Shown here one piece after another: positions 39,486-50,929 of a stretch of DNA of 64,000 bases. The notes below the pieces were generated by a model. It had not been told where the DNA came from. It saw only the letters and a list, made by a program, of their open reading frames with translations, and did not search any database. The number at the start of each line of letters is the position of its first letter. Position 1 is the first letter of the stretch. The stretch is from Octopus vulgaris (taxonomy: Eukaryota): assembly GCA_951406725.2 (NCBI GenBank), contig OX597814.1, forward strand, positions 4,588,001-4,652,000. The letters are read 5' to 3'. The position numbers and the translations under genes were made by a program.

Positions 39486-40737
39486 CAGGGGTTGGACAAA
39501 ATAATGGAAACACCCTCATTATAATTTTGAAATATCTATAAAACCGTCAAAAGCTTGTTTATTCTTATGTCTTTTCATTTATTATTAGTGTTGCTTAATA
39601 TGTTTAGCTAAAATTGCTGTTTCTTTTCAGATATCATCAGAAAAAGGTAATTAAAATTCATTAAAATGACAGATCTATCGAACTTTCAAAGAGGTCAAAT
39701 TGTTGGTGCTCGTACGGCAGGCGCTAGCGTAACGAAAACAGCCGAAATGTTTGGTGTATCAAGAAGTACTGTCTCGAAAGTAATGCCAGCCTTTGAGAAA
39801 GAGGGAAAAACCTTCTCGTTGAAACAAAACTCTGGAAGGAAACCAAAACTTTCAGGAAGCGACCGTCGGACTCTTACGCGAATTGTTTGAAACGATAACA
39901 AAAGTACAGCTGCCAAAATTACTGCAGAGCTTAATGACCACTTCGAGAACCCAGTTTCCACAAAAACTGTTTGCCAGGAGCTGCACAAAGCCGGATTTCA
40001 TGGGAGGGCTGCAATTAGAAAACCAATACTTTCAAAAACAAATGTTGCAAAGCGTTTAGAATGGAGTAAAAACCTACAGAATTGGTCCCTAGAGCAGTGG
40101 AAGAATGTTATTTTCTCGGATGAGTCATCCTTTACCTTATTTCCGACCACTGGCTGAGTGTACGTGTGGTGACAGCCAAAGGAAGCATTTGACCCAGACT
40201 GCCTTCTTGCAACTGTTAAACATGGAGGAGGATCTGTGATGATGGGGAGGGGGGGGGTCTATATCTTGGAAATCTGCCGGCCCAATGGTTTCCCTTCATG
40301 GCAGAATCAATAGTCAAGACTATTTAAGCATTTTATCTGATCAAATTCATCCTATGGTTGCAGAACTGTTTGTGGAGTGAAAAGAAATCTTTCAGGATGA
40401 TAATGCACCAAATCACATAGTTAAAGTTGTTACTGAATGGCACGAGGAACATTCTAGTGAAGTTGAACATCTTATCTGGCCACCACAGTCCCCAAATCTT
40501 AATATTATTGAACATTTATGGCGCATTTTAGAAAAACAAGTAAGGAGTCGATACGCTCCACCATCATCACTACAAGAACTGGAGACTGTTTTAGCTGAAG
40601 AACGAACAAAAATTCCTTTGGAAACAATTCAAACTTTGTAAGAGTCCATAGCTCGTAGAATTGAAGCTGTAATTACTGCCAAAGTCGGTCCTACCCCATA
40701 TTAAAATAAGTTTGTCCATTATTTTATCCTACCCGTG
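39486..40737 (+). mobile_element. Full-length (~1.25 kb) Tc1-like transposon, DD36E type, with short TIRs and TA TSD
   Basis: TA|caggggttggacaaaataatgga ... tccattattttatcctacccgtg|TA. Confidence 0.92.
39666..40705 (+). pseudogene. Tc1-like transposase with stops and a frameshift
   Basis: GRKPKLS, VIFSDES, TVKHGGGSVM, FQDDNAP, WPPQSPNLNIIEHLW. Confidence 0.92.
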
Positions 40738-41189
40738 TAGTTTACGTTACTAATATCTGATATTTAACGTTTCACTTAAAACAGCAGATTTCTCGCAGAA
40801 TCTCTGTTTATGTAAAACAGAAAGAGAAAAAATTCAAACACCCGAGAGAAAATTCAAACACCTGAATCTAGCAAAATGCTTTTGTAGCAATTCTGCACAA
40901 ACTTCATTCTACCTCTTACAAAAGCTACACATCCTTCGTCCGTTTACTTCCTACTCTAAGTAAATACACCAACGCATTCGGATAATAAGCTTTACTTCGG
41001 GATACTGTAGGGAGATTCTACAAGATGAAGGCGTGGGAACAGCTGTATGGTTCAGAAGAACGCTCTGCGACAACAGTTTTTGATTCGATCCCATCGCGGG
41101 GCACTCGAGCAAATATTTCTACCTGAGCATCGAAATATGAGTTGAGTTTAGAAGAAAAATTTGTGGAGCGCGCCTACTTTTTGTGTGTG

Positions 41190-41360
41190 TATGGTAGAGC
41201 GCCTGTCATGTTTACAGGAGGTATGGGTTCGTGACCCACAGGCAGCCTTCGGATTTTTCTATCTGAAAGATTTTGAAACCCTTTATGTCCACGCTATTGT
41301 TTATAACTTTGTCTGCTTCGGGATCCAAAACTCCCAAAACGAATTATATCTACCTAACTA
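41190..41360 (+). mobile_element. tRNA-derived SINE family D (paralog at 38800-38960, - strand)
   Basis: ggtagagcgcctg...gggttcgtgaccc A/B-box-like head; body shared with 38800-38950. Confidence 0.65.
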
Positions 41361-41378
41361 CACACGCGTGCACACACA

Positions 41379-41446
<68 letters not shown>

Positions 41447-41452
41447 CATATA

Positions 41453-41628
41453 GGCGCAGGAGTGGCTGCGTGATAAGAAGCTTGTTTCCCAACCACATGT
41501 ATCCGGGTTCAGTCCCACTGCGTGGCACCTTGGGCAAGTGTCTTCTAATATAGCCATCAGCCGACCAAAGCCTTGTGAGTGGATTTGGTAGGCGAAAACT
41601 GAAAGAAGCCCGTCATATATATATATAC

Positions 41629-41660
<32 letters not shown>

Positions 41661-41856
41661 CTATGTCTGCGTTTATGCTGTCCCCCACCACCGCTTAACT
41701 ACCGATGTTTGTGTATTTACGTTCCCCGTAAACTAGCGGTTTAGCAAAAGGGATCGATAGAATAAGTACTAGGCTTACAAAGAATATCGATTTGCTCGAC
41801 TAAAGGCGGTGCTCCAGCATGGCCGCAGTCAAATCACTGAAATAAGCAAAAGAGTA
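41453..41856 (+). mobile_element. SINE family A
   Basis: Head to tail match. Confidence 0.9.
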
Positions 41857-42466
41857 GGACAGCCAAAAATGACCAAATATCAAAAAATAGAGTTAGAAAA
41901 TCATTTTCATACATTGTTTACAATCGTTTCATCTTCATTAAATATAAATTAAATAGAACATTAACCAAGGTTGGTTATTGTTCTAACAATACCGGCAACT
42001 ATGATTAATTTGGATTTCTTTTATAGCACATGTTGGAAATGATTCCTCAGAACACTGTAAAACGTAACATGCTGAGTGATTCTGCTATCTCGCAAAGAAA
42101 TACATTCCAGACTGGGTGAGCCTACGAAATCACTTTTACGTAAGAGAAACAAAGGAATACAAGTAAAGAAGTGGATGAAGAAGGAGTCAGTAGAAATTGA
42201 CGATATAATTATGTTCTTTGTTGATAAGTTTGCTCGTCGCTATAAAGGAATGGCCGCCGTCTGTGTCGCCTGCAATAAATCAGATGTGGAGACATCCTGG
42301 TGCTGGCATGGCTAAGTTCAGCTCGTCTTGCCGCTTCTTTCTTTTGCATTCTCATCAGACTCTGAGTCTAGACTTTAAAATGGTATGTAGTTTTTTGGGG
42401 ATCCCAAAACATTTATCCCACAAAATAACTACCTACCTCCATTCACATATATTTCTTTATATACGC

Positions 42467-42533
<67 letters not shown>

Positions 42534-42590
42534 CGTTGGCGATTTTTGTTCCCTCTGTCTTCCCTTCTCTGGATTTTTTCCTTCTCCTAT

Positions 42591-42625
42591 GTTTCCGACG
42601 AAGAGCTCCGCTCGAAACGTTAAAC
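42591..42625 (+). ncRNA. Minimal hammerhead-like motif (core variant CCGACGA) in a (TA)n-flanked ~190 bp insert
   Basis: gttt-CCGACGA-a-gagc-tcc-gctc-GAAA-CG-TT-aaac. Confidence 0.6.
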
Positions 42626-42749
42626 CCTCCTTCTTCCCTTCTTTCCTGAGCGTCCAATAATACTTTATTTGTTCCACGTCCTAGCGTTGTGTTTTTTTGT
42701 GCTTTCTTGTTTGGATTAACTTTATATATATATATATATATATACATAC

Positions 42750-42786
<37 letters not shown>

Positions 42787-42980
42787 CATATACATATATA
42801 TGTATGTATATTAATAATAATAATATGTGACAATTAGTTGGTTGTCATAATAAAACTGAGTTTCAGATGTGTTTAGGATGAGTTTTATTTTGATAACCAA
42901 CTAATTGTCACATATTATATTTATAAAGAAATTCCTCTATTTTACATAATATCGAGGTCTCATTCATTCTTTTGTTGTCA

Positions 42981-43047
<67 letters not shown>

Positions 43048-43109
43048 ATACATACATATATATGTATATGTATGTATATATATATATATATATTCTTTTA
43101 TTCTCACAA

Positions 43110-43415
43110 TCTTTTACTTGTTTCAGTCATTTGACTGCGGCCATGCTGGAGCACCGCCTTTAGTAGAAGAAATCGACCCCAGGACTTATTCTTTGTAAAC
43201 CTAGTACTTATTCTATCAGTCCATTTCGCCGAACTGCTAAGTTAGGGGGACGTGAACACACCGACATCGATTGTCAAGCGACAGTCGGTGGGGAACAAAC
43301 ACACACACACAAACACACACACACATACACTCACACACGCAAACACACACACAAACACACACACACATATATATATATACATACGACGGGCTTCTTTCAG
43401 TTTCCGTCTCTCAAA
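43110..43415 (-). mobile_element. SINE family A 3' part
   Basis: rc match. Confidence 0.85.
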
Positions 43416-43552
43416 TCTACCTACATATATTTTGTACATACATTCAGAAAGTAAAACAATAACTATCACACACACGTACACACACATGCACACATACACG
43501 CACGCACACACACACATGCACACATACACGCACGCGCGCGCGCACGCACACA

Positions 43553-43613
<61 letters not shown>

Positions 43614-43878
43614 CACCCATAGCTAAGTTACTCTCTCACACATAAAATTCCTTGTGAGTCAAATGTTTTGCAATATTTCGCTGACTTATTTGCTTTCTTT
43701 TTCCAGTTACAACAAAGTCTGCCAAGCATAGAAATTAGACGTCATTGCGTTGCGCCGTCAGAAGCTACCTCTCTGCCCGTTCTTTGACTGCATGCTTTGA
43801 AGCCAAGCTTGCACCTCCTTTTCGTTGATGAAGCGTCACGAGTGCAGCCTGATTTAATGAAAAATTTGCATTTTTGCA

Positions 43879-44458
43879 AGGCGGTGAGCTGGCAGAACCG
43901 TTAGCACGCCGGGCGAAATGCTTTGCGGTATTTCGTTTGCTGTTCCGTTCTGAGTTCAAATTCCGCCGAGGTCGACTTTGCCTTTTATCCTTTCGGGGTC
44001 GATTAAATAAGTACCAGTTACGCACTGGGGTCGATATAATCGGCTTAATCTGTTTGTCTGTCCTTGTTTATCCTCTCTGTGTTTAGCCCCTTGTGGGTAG
44101 TATAGGTATTTCCTCCGCCGCTACGTTCTGAGTTCAAATTCTGCCGAGGTCGACTTTGCCTTTCATCCTTTCGGGGTCGATTAAATCAGTGCCAGTTACG
44201 CACTGGGGTCGATATAATCGAATGAATCCGTTTGTCTGTCCTTGTTTGTCCTCCCTGTGTTTAAGACCTTGTGGGTAGTAAAGAAATAGGTATTTCGTTT
44301 GTCTATACGTTTTGAGTTCAAATTCCGCCGAGGTCTACTTTGTCTTTTATCCTTTTGGGGTCGATAAATTTAATACCAGTTACGCACTGGGGTGGACCTA
44401 ATCGACTGGCCCCCTCTTCCAAAATTACGGGCCTTGTGCCTAGAGTAGAAAAGAAAAG
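43879..44458 (+). mobile_element. SINE family B trimer; last unit has a different 3' tail
   Basis: Junctions at ~44104 and ~44289; terminal tail gggccttgtgcctagagtagaaaag. Confidence 0.9.
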
Positions 44459-44622
44459 AAAATTTGCATTTTTACACAGATTTCAAAACGAACCAAATAT
44501 ACCTATACACAGACGTATTCCATGTTCACACACGCATAATTTTAATCACTCGTTCATTTGCACACGCGCGGATTTGAATATTTTAATTGCAAAAAAAGGA
44601 TATAATTAATACACACGCATAT

Positions 44623-44784
44623 GGCGCAGGCGTAGCTGTGTGGTAAGCAGCTTAATTCCCAACTACATGGTTCTTGGTTCACTCCTACTGCGTGGCACCT
44701 TGAGCAAATGTCTTCTACTATAGTCTCGAGCCGACCAAAGCATCGTGGGTGGATTTGGTTGACGGAAACTGGAAGAAGCCCGTC

Positions 44785-44786
<2 letters not shown>
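44623..44786 (+). mobile_element. SINE family A 5' half
   Basis: Diverged match. Confidence 0.82.
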
Positions 44787-44861
<75 letters not shown>

Positions 44862-45396
44862 TGAGAATGTGTGTCTGTCTGTATGTTTCCCTAAAGCTAC
44901 ACAACAATAAAAGTGAAACAAAAACGTTTCTCTATTTTATGTCAGATACTTTCACTTTAACAATAAAAATAATAATAATAATTGAATTATATGTAGTAAG
45001 TAATAATTAAAATCAAACTAAAGTAACATGACAAAAGTAAAAATAGCAATTGGTATAAAATTGCATCAATGATTTGAACTTGAATAAGTGGTTTCACATG
45101 AATGGGAATAAATTAAAAATAAAATTAGCATGCAGAAATGGAATAGTCCAGATGGATAATAAAAAATTAAATTAAAGAAAAGACTATTTTTGCGTTTATT
45201 AGTAAGTTGATATATTTTTGCTCTCGTACTATTATCTCTGTTATTATATACTGTTGGTCTACCTGTTTTGTCTATTGTTGTCTAACTGACGAAGTCAGCC
45301 TTCGCGCGAAGACTTCGCGTTGGTGTTCCCCCTCCGTGGGGGAAAACTACAATTAATTTGGATTTACCAAAGGCTTGTTAAAGCCATTTGTTCAAG

Positions 45397-46772
45397 ATGG
45401 AGTCCCCCATCTCTTATTCGCCCGTGACGAGCGAGGATGAATACCCGGCGTTGTCGCCAAGAAAAAAAGAGGCGTTGTCGCCAAGAAAAAAAGAGGCGTT
45501 GTCGCCGAAGAAAAAGAGGCGGCGTCGCCCAAGAAAATGGAAAAACCAGTACCAGCATCAACTCCAGCGAAAAAATTCGCTGAAGTGGCTGGGAAAAAGA
45601 TTAAAAAATAAATATAGAAAATTTTGAAAAATTTGCAGACTGTGTAAAAAAAGAGGGCACAGAAGTGACTGTGGCCACAAACATACAAAAACATGACGAT
45701 ATAGAAAAAAAAAGAATAATATATAAAACTTACGACACAACGACAAAAATGATCCAAAAAATCGAAGAAAAAAAAATAGAGTTTTGTCTAAAACCTTTTA
45801 TGGATAAAATAACGTATATAAACAGAGGAAAAAGATACGGCACAGTGGAGGTGCGTTTTACTACGGAGGAGATAGCGAAAAAACTATCGATGGAGCCGAT
45901 CAAAACAGAAAACATTGTCTTACTACCATTGTATAAAGGAAAAAGGACGTCGAAAATTTCAATGAACAACATACCGCCAGAGGCAGATGCAGAATGTCTG
46001 GTGGCAGCAGTAATGGTAGGCCTGGAGGAAAAAATAAACATCCTCCAGGCCACAGTGGAGGAAGAGGAGTTTTGGAAAGGGCAGAAAATAGTGATAGCCA
46101 TTCAGGCGGAGGTGCAAACACTGGAAGAAATTCCAGAAACGGTAAAGATTAGTGAAGACGAGAAAATAACAGTTTTCGTGGAGGGCAGGAAGCCGAGGTG
46201 CTTCGGCTGCGGCAAGAAGGGTCATGTTAGGGCGGAATGCCAACCCCAACCCAAACCGCAGGAAGCACCTAAGCCAAGAGAAAAAGAAGATAATGTGTCA
46301 CCAGAAGCAGCGTCGGACGGCCCAGAAGGGAAGACTGAAGGTGTGGAGGTGACGGTGACAGCAGAACCAGCGGCGGAGGAAAAAAAGAGCGAGGAAAAGA
46401 TAAATGAGGAGGGGTGGGCAAAAATTACCGGAAAAAAAAAGAAAAACGGAAACCACCCCTCCCAGAGTAATTTTAAAAAAGAAAAAAGAGTCAATGAACT
46501 CGTATATGGCCGTAAAGGCAGCAAATAGCAGACTCGGAAACGTGTTGGCAGCCATGGCCAAAGTGGAGAAAGTAGTGAAAAAAAACGACTTTGTAATTTA
46601 CAGAATAGGCCGGAAGGATTACGGGCGGATAAAGTCAGAATTCTTCCATGACGTAGGCCCACTTAGATTGGATGTGACATCTCCACATATATTCGAGGGC
46701 CTACGTCAGACTCCCCCACGAGGCCCAGAAAAAGATTTAGAAGAACAAGAGAAAACCGAACCACTGATATAA
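45397..46772 (+). pseudogene. Tx1-type ORF1 (gag-like zinc knuckle), broken in A-tracts; longest open part 45665-46528
   Basis: CFGCGKKGHVRAEC; VFVEGRKPRC; N-terminal ALSP(R/K)KK x3. Confidence 0.85.
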
Positions 46773-46781
46773 AGGTAAGTA

Positions 46782-47921
46782 ATGGATTACATTTATGTTG
46801 GTTGTTTGAATGTGCGCGGCCTGGGAGCAGGCTGGAAGCAAGGTCGCTTCCTGCATGATATCAGGTCGCGTAATTTAGATGTTATTGTTGCTACAGAAAC
46901 CCGGTTAGAGGGGCCAAGAGGTCTACTCCCGCTGTTTGACGGCTACGAGAGTTTTTTCTCTCCTGGCAGTCCTACAGGCGGGTGTGGGGTGTTGGTCCTA
47001 TTAAAAAGAAACCGGGTTTCTGAGAAAAAGTTAATTTTTGCAGATCCAGAAGGTAGGCTGGTCGTCATGGATTTGACGTTCAGTAATGGTAAAGTTATCA
47101 GACTGGTTGCAATTTACGCACCCAACCATACAGGGCAAAGTGATTATTTTCGTGAACTAGAAAACTTTCTTGGTACTTCGCATTCATTAGTGGTGCTAGG
47201 AGACTTTAACACAATTTGCAAAGCGGATGTAGATTGTGTTGGCTCGCGTCCAGATAGAAAAGGCAACAGTGGCTTCATGGAACTGCTAAGCCGCTTTGAG
47301 CTAGCAGATCCTTATAGGCTGGAATTTCCGAACGCTCCATTGTGGACATGGTCAAACAGCGACGGATCTTCCAGGTCATATTTAGATAGAATACTAATTA
47401 GAAAAGTAGACAGTAAAATAGCTAAGTATCCACAGTTTTACCCGATCAGCTACAGTGATCATAAAATGGTCACTTGTAAGCTTGACATAGATAAGGTTAA
47501 AAATAGAGGATCCGGTTACTGGAAACTTAATACGTCCCTTTTGGCGATTAAGGAGTACAAAGACCGGATTAGGAATATAATTCAGAGGGCACTATCTGGT
47601 ACCATCATTAATAACAAATGGTGGTACGCCCTCAAACGAGCCATCAAGTTTGAGTCTATTAGATATAGCATAGGAGTAGTGGCTAGAGAGACTAGAAGGG
47701 AAACTACTCTAGTTAAGGAATTAGAGGAAGCCATGAAAACTGGCTCTGCGGCTCAGGTGGCGTCCAAGAGACTGGTGTTAAACCAGCACCTCGAGGCCAA
47801 ACACATGGGCAGCATTGTCAGGGCTAGAATCCGCCATATGGGATGTGAAGGAATCAACGCCGTGAGATGGGCCGAGTGGTGGAAGCTCAACATGGTAACG
47901 ATGCCACGATTCGATCTTTGA
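46782..47921 (+). CDS. Tx1-type ORF2 N-terminal part: APE endonuclease
   Basis: CLNVRGL, ATETR, AIYAPN, LGDFN, WTW, LDRILI, SDH, WKLNTSLL; frameshifts near 47870. Confidence 0.9.
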   Translation: MDYIYVGCLNVRGLGAGWKQGRFLHDIRSRNLDVIVATETRLEGPRGLLPLFDGYESFFSPGSPTGGCGVLVLLKRNRVSEKKLIFADPEGRLVVMDLTFSNGKVIRLVAIYAPNHTGQSDYFRELENFLGTSHSLVVLGDFNTICKADVDCVGSRPDRKGNSGFMELLSRFELADPYRLEFPNAPLWTWSNSDGSSRSYLDRILIRKVDSKIAKYPQFYPISYSDHKMVTCKLDIDKVKNRGSGYWKLNTSLLAIKEYKDRIRNIIQRALSGTIINNKWWYALKRAIKFESIRYSIGVVARETRRETTLVKELEEAMKTGSAAQVASKRLVLNQHLEAKHMGSIVRARIRHMGCEGINAVRWAEWWKLNMVTMPRFDL

Positions 47922-50176
47922 CGAACCAACAAGGTGAGTTGATAAACGAACCCGAGGAGATGTGTGAGGCCTTTCAGGAGCACTTCGCTCAGCTTTTCGG
48001 TGAGTGCGGCGGACTGGATAGGAGGAGGGCCTTTACGGACCTACTCGACGGGCTGCCGCGCTTATCGGGGCGAGATGCGGAGGGCTGTGAAGGGCCAATC
48101 ACGCCTGAGGAGGTGGTTGAGGCAATGGCGGACTGCGGCGCGGGCAAGGCGCCGGGTTTGGATGGTCTACCCTATGAGTTATATAAGAGTATGCCAGACT
48201 TGTTCGGGCACCTACTGGCGGAGGTCTATGCGAACTGGCAGCAGAACGGGCTTATACCCAGATCTGTGCGCCGGGGAGTAGTGACTCTCGTCAGAAAGGA
48301 CCCGAGCAAGGGGGAGTGCATTGATAATTTCAGGCCCATCACTCTGCTAAACACAGAGTTGAAGATTTTGGCCAAAGTGTTATCGAAAAGATTGGCGCGT
48401 GTCGCGGATGGTCTGATCGGAGAGGCACAGACATGTGCCGTTCCGGGCAGATCCATTCAGGATAATCTCCATCTAATGCGGTACACTATAGAGGGGTTTA
48501 ATAGTGATTCTGGCAAGGGTGGGGCACTGGTCCATTTAGACCAATCTAAAGCTTTTGATAGGGTCGACCATCGTTACCTGGTATCTGCCCTGGCACAGTT
48601 CGGGCTGAGCCTTGGCTTCCTCAGGTGGATTATCCAAATTTATGATAACATCGACTCGGTAGTTCGGGTGAACGGCTTCTTGTCGAAGCCGTTCAAAATC
48701 AAACGCTCGGTTCGTCAAGGGTGTCCGCTCTCCCCGCTTTTGTACGTGATGGCTCTTGAGCCATTACTGCGAAAACTGAGCGGCATCCCGAGACAGCCAG
48801 GTAATGGAAAATCAGTGTCAGCGTACGCGGATGACATCACCATCATCGTAACCGAAATGGACCACCTATGTAAAGTAGGCAAGGCCATAGAGGTTTACGA
48901 GACGGTGACAGGAGCAAAAGTGAATCGCGAAAAGTCAGTCGGCTTGCAACTCGGCACCTGGAGAGGCAAGTCGATGCCTCCTGACAGCGTCGTGGGACGT
49001 TGGACGGAGGGTCCGATTAAACTGCTAGGGGTCTGGTTCGGTCCAGACCTCCAAATAGAGAAGAATTGGGGCGAGGTAACGAGCAAGGTGGCTGCAGTAG
49101 CCAGGACCTGGTCTTGGCGGTGGCTATCCCTGAAAGGGAGGGCGGAGGTGGCCAATGTGTTTATCGCATCGGTTATCACCTACCGCCTTTCCGTCGTTCC
49201 TTGCCCTGATTCGTGGTTGATCAAGTTGGAAAGACAGCTCTTCTACTTCTTGTGGAAGGGCGGGAAACCACTTGTGAAACGCTCTACTTGCTGTCAACAA
49301 CCGTTAAAGGGTGGGCTAGGGATGCCTTGGCTGATGATGCGCAGACATGCGCTGAGGTTAAGACATCTGTGGCTCTACCTGGATGGTGAACGGGTGTGGT
49401 CTTCGCTAGCAAAACTGATGTTTCCCAAGTTCACTAGTTTCGGTGGATGGGAAACCTGGCTGAATCGTAGATCGAAACTTGGTACTTGGTACACGGAGTG
49501 TCGCAAGGCTCTCCTGCTATTCCGTCGCTCGGGCAACGCCTGCGGTGGGGGTTCCACCACATTCTTCTATAGAGGGTTGGTAGAGGCGGAATGTGAAGAT
49601 ACCTTGGGGGAAACCCTAGGTCTCGACGATAATCAGCTGGCCAGTCTGTTCCGACGTACGTTCGAGCCGAGGACACTGGACAACTTCCAGAAGTCTCTGG
49701 CATGGCAATGCTACAGAGGAGCTCTACCTGTTCGGGATAAACTCGCAAGGCACGGTGGCCAAGACAGTCCGATATGTCCAAGATGCGGGCGGGATAGGGA
49801 AACCGTCCCGCACGCTATTGTTCATTGTCCGGACGTGTCTGAGGTGTGGGTTTATGCCGAACAGCTGTTGTCAGGTACACGAAGAGTACAGCTGTCGACT
49901 GAGTCGATTACAAAAATTGACCCACCGAATTTCCTCGTGAATGAAGGTAAGTTTCGTTTTCTCGTTGTAGTAGCAATTGCGAAAGAGGTGATATGGAAGA
50001 CGAGAATGAAAGGTTTACAGTCAGGCAAGTTCATCTCCGGCCCTGGTTTGATAAATTATTTCATCTTTCACCTGAAAAGGAAGATAGGGCTGGAGAGAAT
50101 ATGCCTGACTAGGAGAGTGTATGAAGAACGATGGAAGGATGTAGCACGAAAGTTGCGAGTGAAAGATACAACATAA
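47867..50176 (+). CDS. Tx1-type ORF2 C-terminal part: reverse transcriptase plus zinc-finger-like domain
   Basis: KAPGLDGL, NFRPITLLN, LDQSKAFDRV, VRQGCPLSP, YADD, GGLG, CPRC..ETVPHAIVHC. Confidence 0.95.
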   Translation: MGRVVEAQHGNDATIRSLTNQQGELINEPEEMCEAFQEHFAQLFGECGGLDRRRAFTDLLDGLPRLSGRDAEGCEGPITPEEVVEAMADCGAGKAPGLDGLPYELYKSMPDLFGHLLAEVYANWQQNGLIPRSVRRGVVTLVRKDPSKGECIDNFRPITLLNTELKILAKVLSKRLARVADGLIGEAQTCAVPGRSIQDNLHLMRYTIEGFNSDSGKGGALVHLDQSKAFDRVDHRYLVSALAQFGLSLGFLRWIIQIYDNIDSVVRVNGFLSKPFKIKRSVRQGCPLSPLLYVMALEPLLRKLSGIPRQPGNGKSVSAYADDITIIVTEMDHLCKVGKAIEVYETVTGAKVNREKSVGLQLGTWRGKSMPPDSVVGRWTEGPIKLLGVWFGPDLQIEKNWGEVTSKVAAVARTWSWRWLSLKGRAEVANVFIASVITYRLSVVPCPDSWLIKLERQLFYFLWKGGKPLVKRSTCCQQPLKGGLGMPWLMMRRHALRLRHLWLYLDGERVWSSLAKLMFPKFTSFGGWETWLNRRSKLGTWYTECRKALLLFRRSGNACGGGSTTFFYRGLVEAECEDTLGETLGLDDNQLASLFRRTFEPRTLDNFQKSLAWQCYRGALPVRDKLARHGGQDSPICPRCGRDRETVPHAIVHCPDVSEVWVYAEQLLSGTRRVQLSTESITKIDPPNFLVNEGKFRFLVVVAIAKEVIWKTRMKGLQSGKFISGPGLINYFIFHLKRKIGLERICLTRRVYEERWKDVARKLRVKDTT

Positions 50177-50420
50177 ATGTAATACCAAGCGCAACCAAAA
50201 GTATCAGTGGGGAGGCGGGGCTCGTGGGGTCCGAGCTAAACCCGCACCCACTCCACCCGTAATGTCTTCCGGTCTGTCCCATCATTCGATTTCTGTCCAT
50301 TTATTGTAATTCATGAACATTTTTAAATTCGATTTATTGTAAAAACCCATTCGTGTGTCTGACCCCATCATCAGATTGTATTGTCCCATCTATGTTCGCC
50401 CCTTGTGGGTAATAATAAAA

Positions 50421-50715
50421 CAACATGGAGGAAAGCACCTTCGAAAAGTGTCTTGGTGCGACTATGAAAGGTATCTAATCAGAGGCGGTAAATTCGCCAC
50501 AATAGAAGCAAGGTTCGAGTCAACGGAGCGTGCAAGGGAGTACTCGACTCGAACTTGCAAAGTGGAAATATTTTATATTTACCTTTATATCTGGGACGTA
50601 AGACGTCCCGGAAAAAAAATTTAAATGCCCCCCCCCCCCGAAGTAGAGGTAGGCTGGATTGTAGCCACACTTCTATACAAGAGGGAGGGCAAGATACAAT
50701 TGATCGAAATTACAA
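50421..50715 (+). pseudogene. Decayed ORF1 fragment of a related Tx1-type element
   Basis: YLIRGGKFATIEARF...ILYLPLYLGRKTSR parallels YINRGKRYGTVEVRF...VLLPLYKGKRTSK of the upstream ORF1. Confidence 0.7.
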
Positions 50716-50929
50716 GAGACGGGCTAACAATTCCAGTCTGTTATATATTTTAAGTATTGTTATCACTAGCGATATCAGGCTATAACTTTGTATTTTGTAT
50801 TTTGTGTAGATGTATATATATAGATGCACATGTAATATGTACACATATATATACACATATATACATGCACTAGCACTATGACCCGGCAACGACGGGTCTT
50901 TAATGCTAGTATATATATATATATATATA

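Larger units (their letters stand above)
45293..50420 (+). mobile_element. Near full-length L1-superfamily (Tx1-type) non-LTR retrotransposon
   Basis: ORF1 with CCHC knuckle, ORF2 with APE endonuclease, RT and C-terminal Cys/His motif, short 3' UTR ending aataataaaa; 5' end approximate. Confidence 0.93.
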
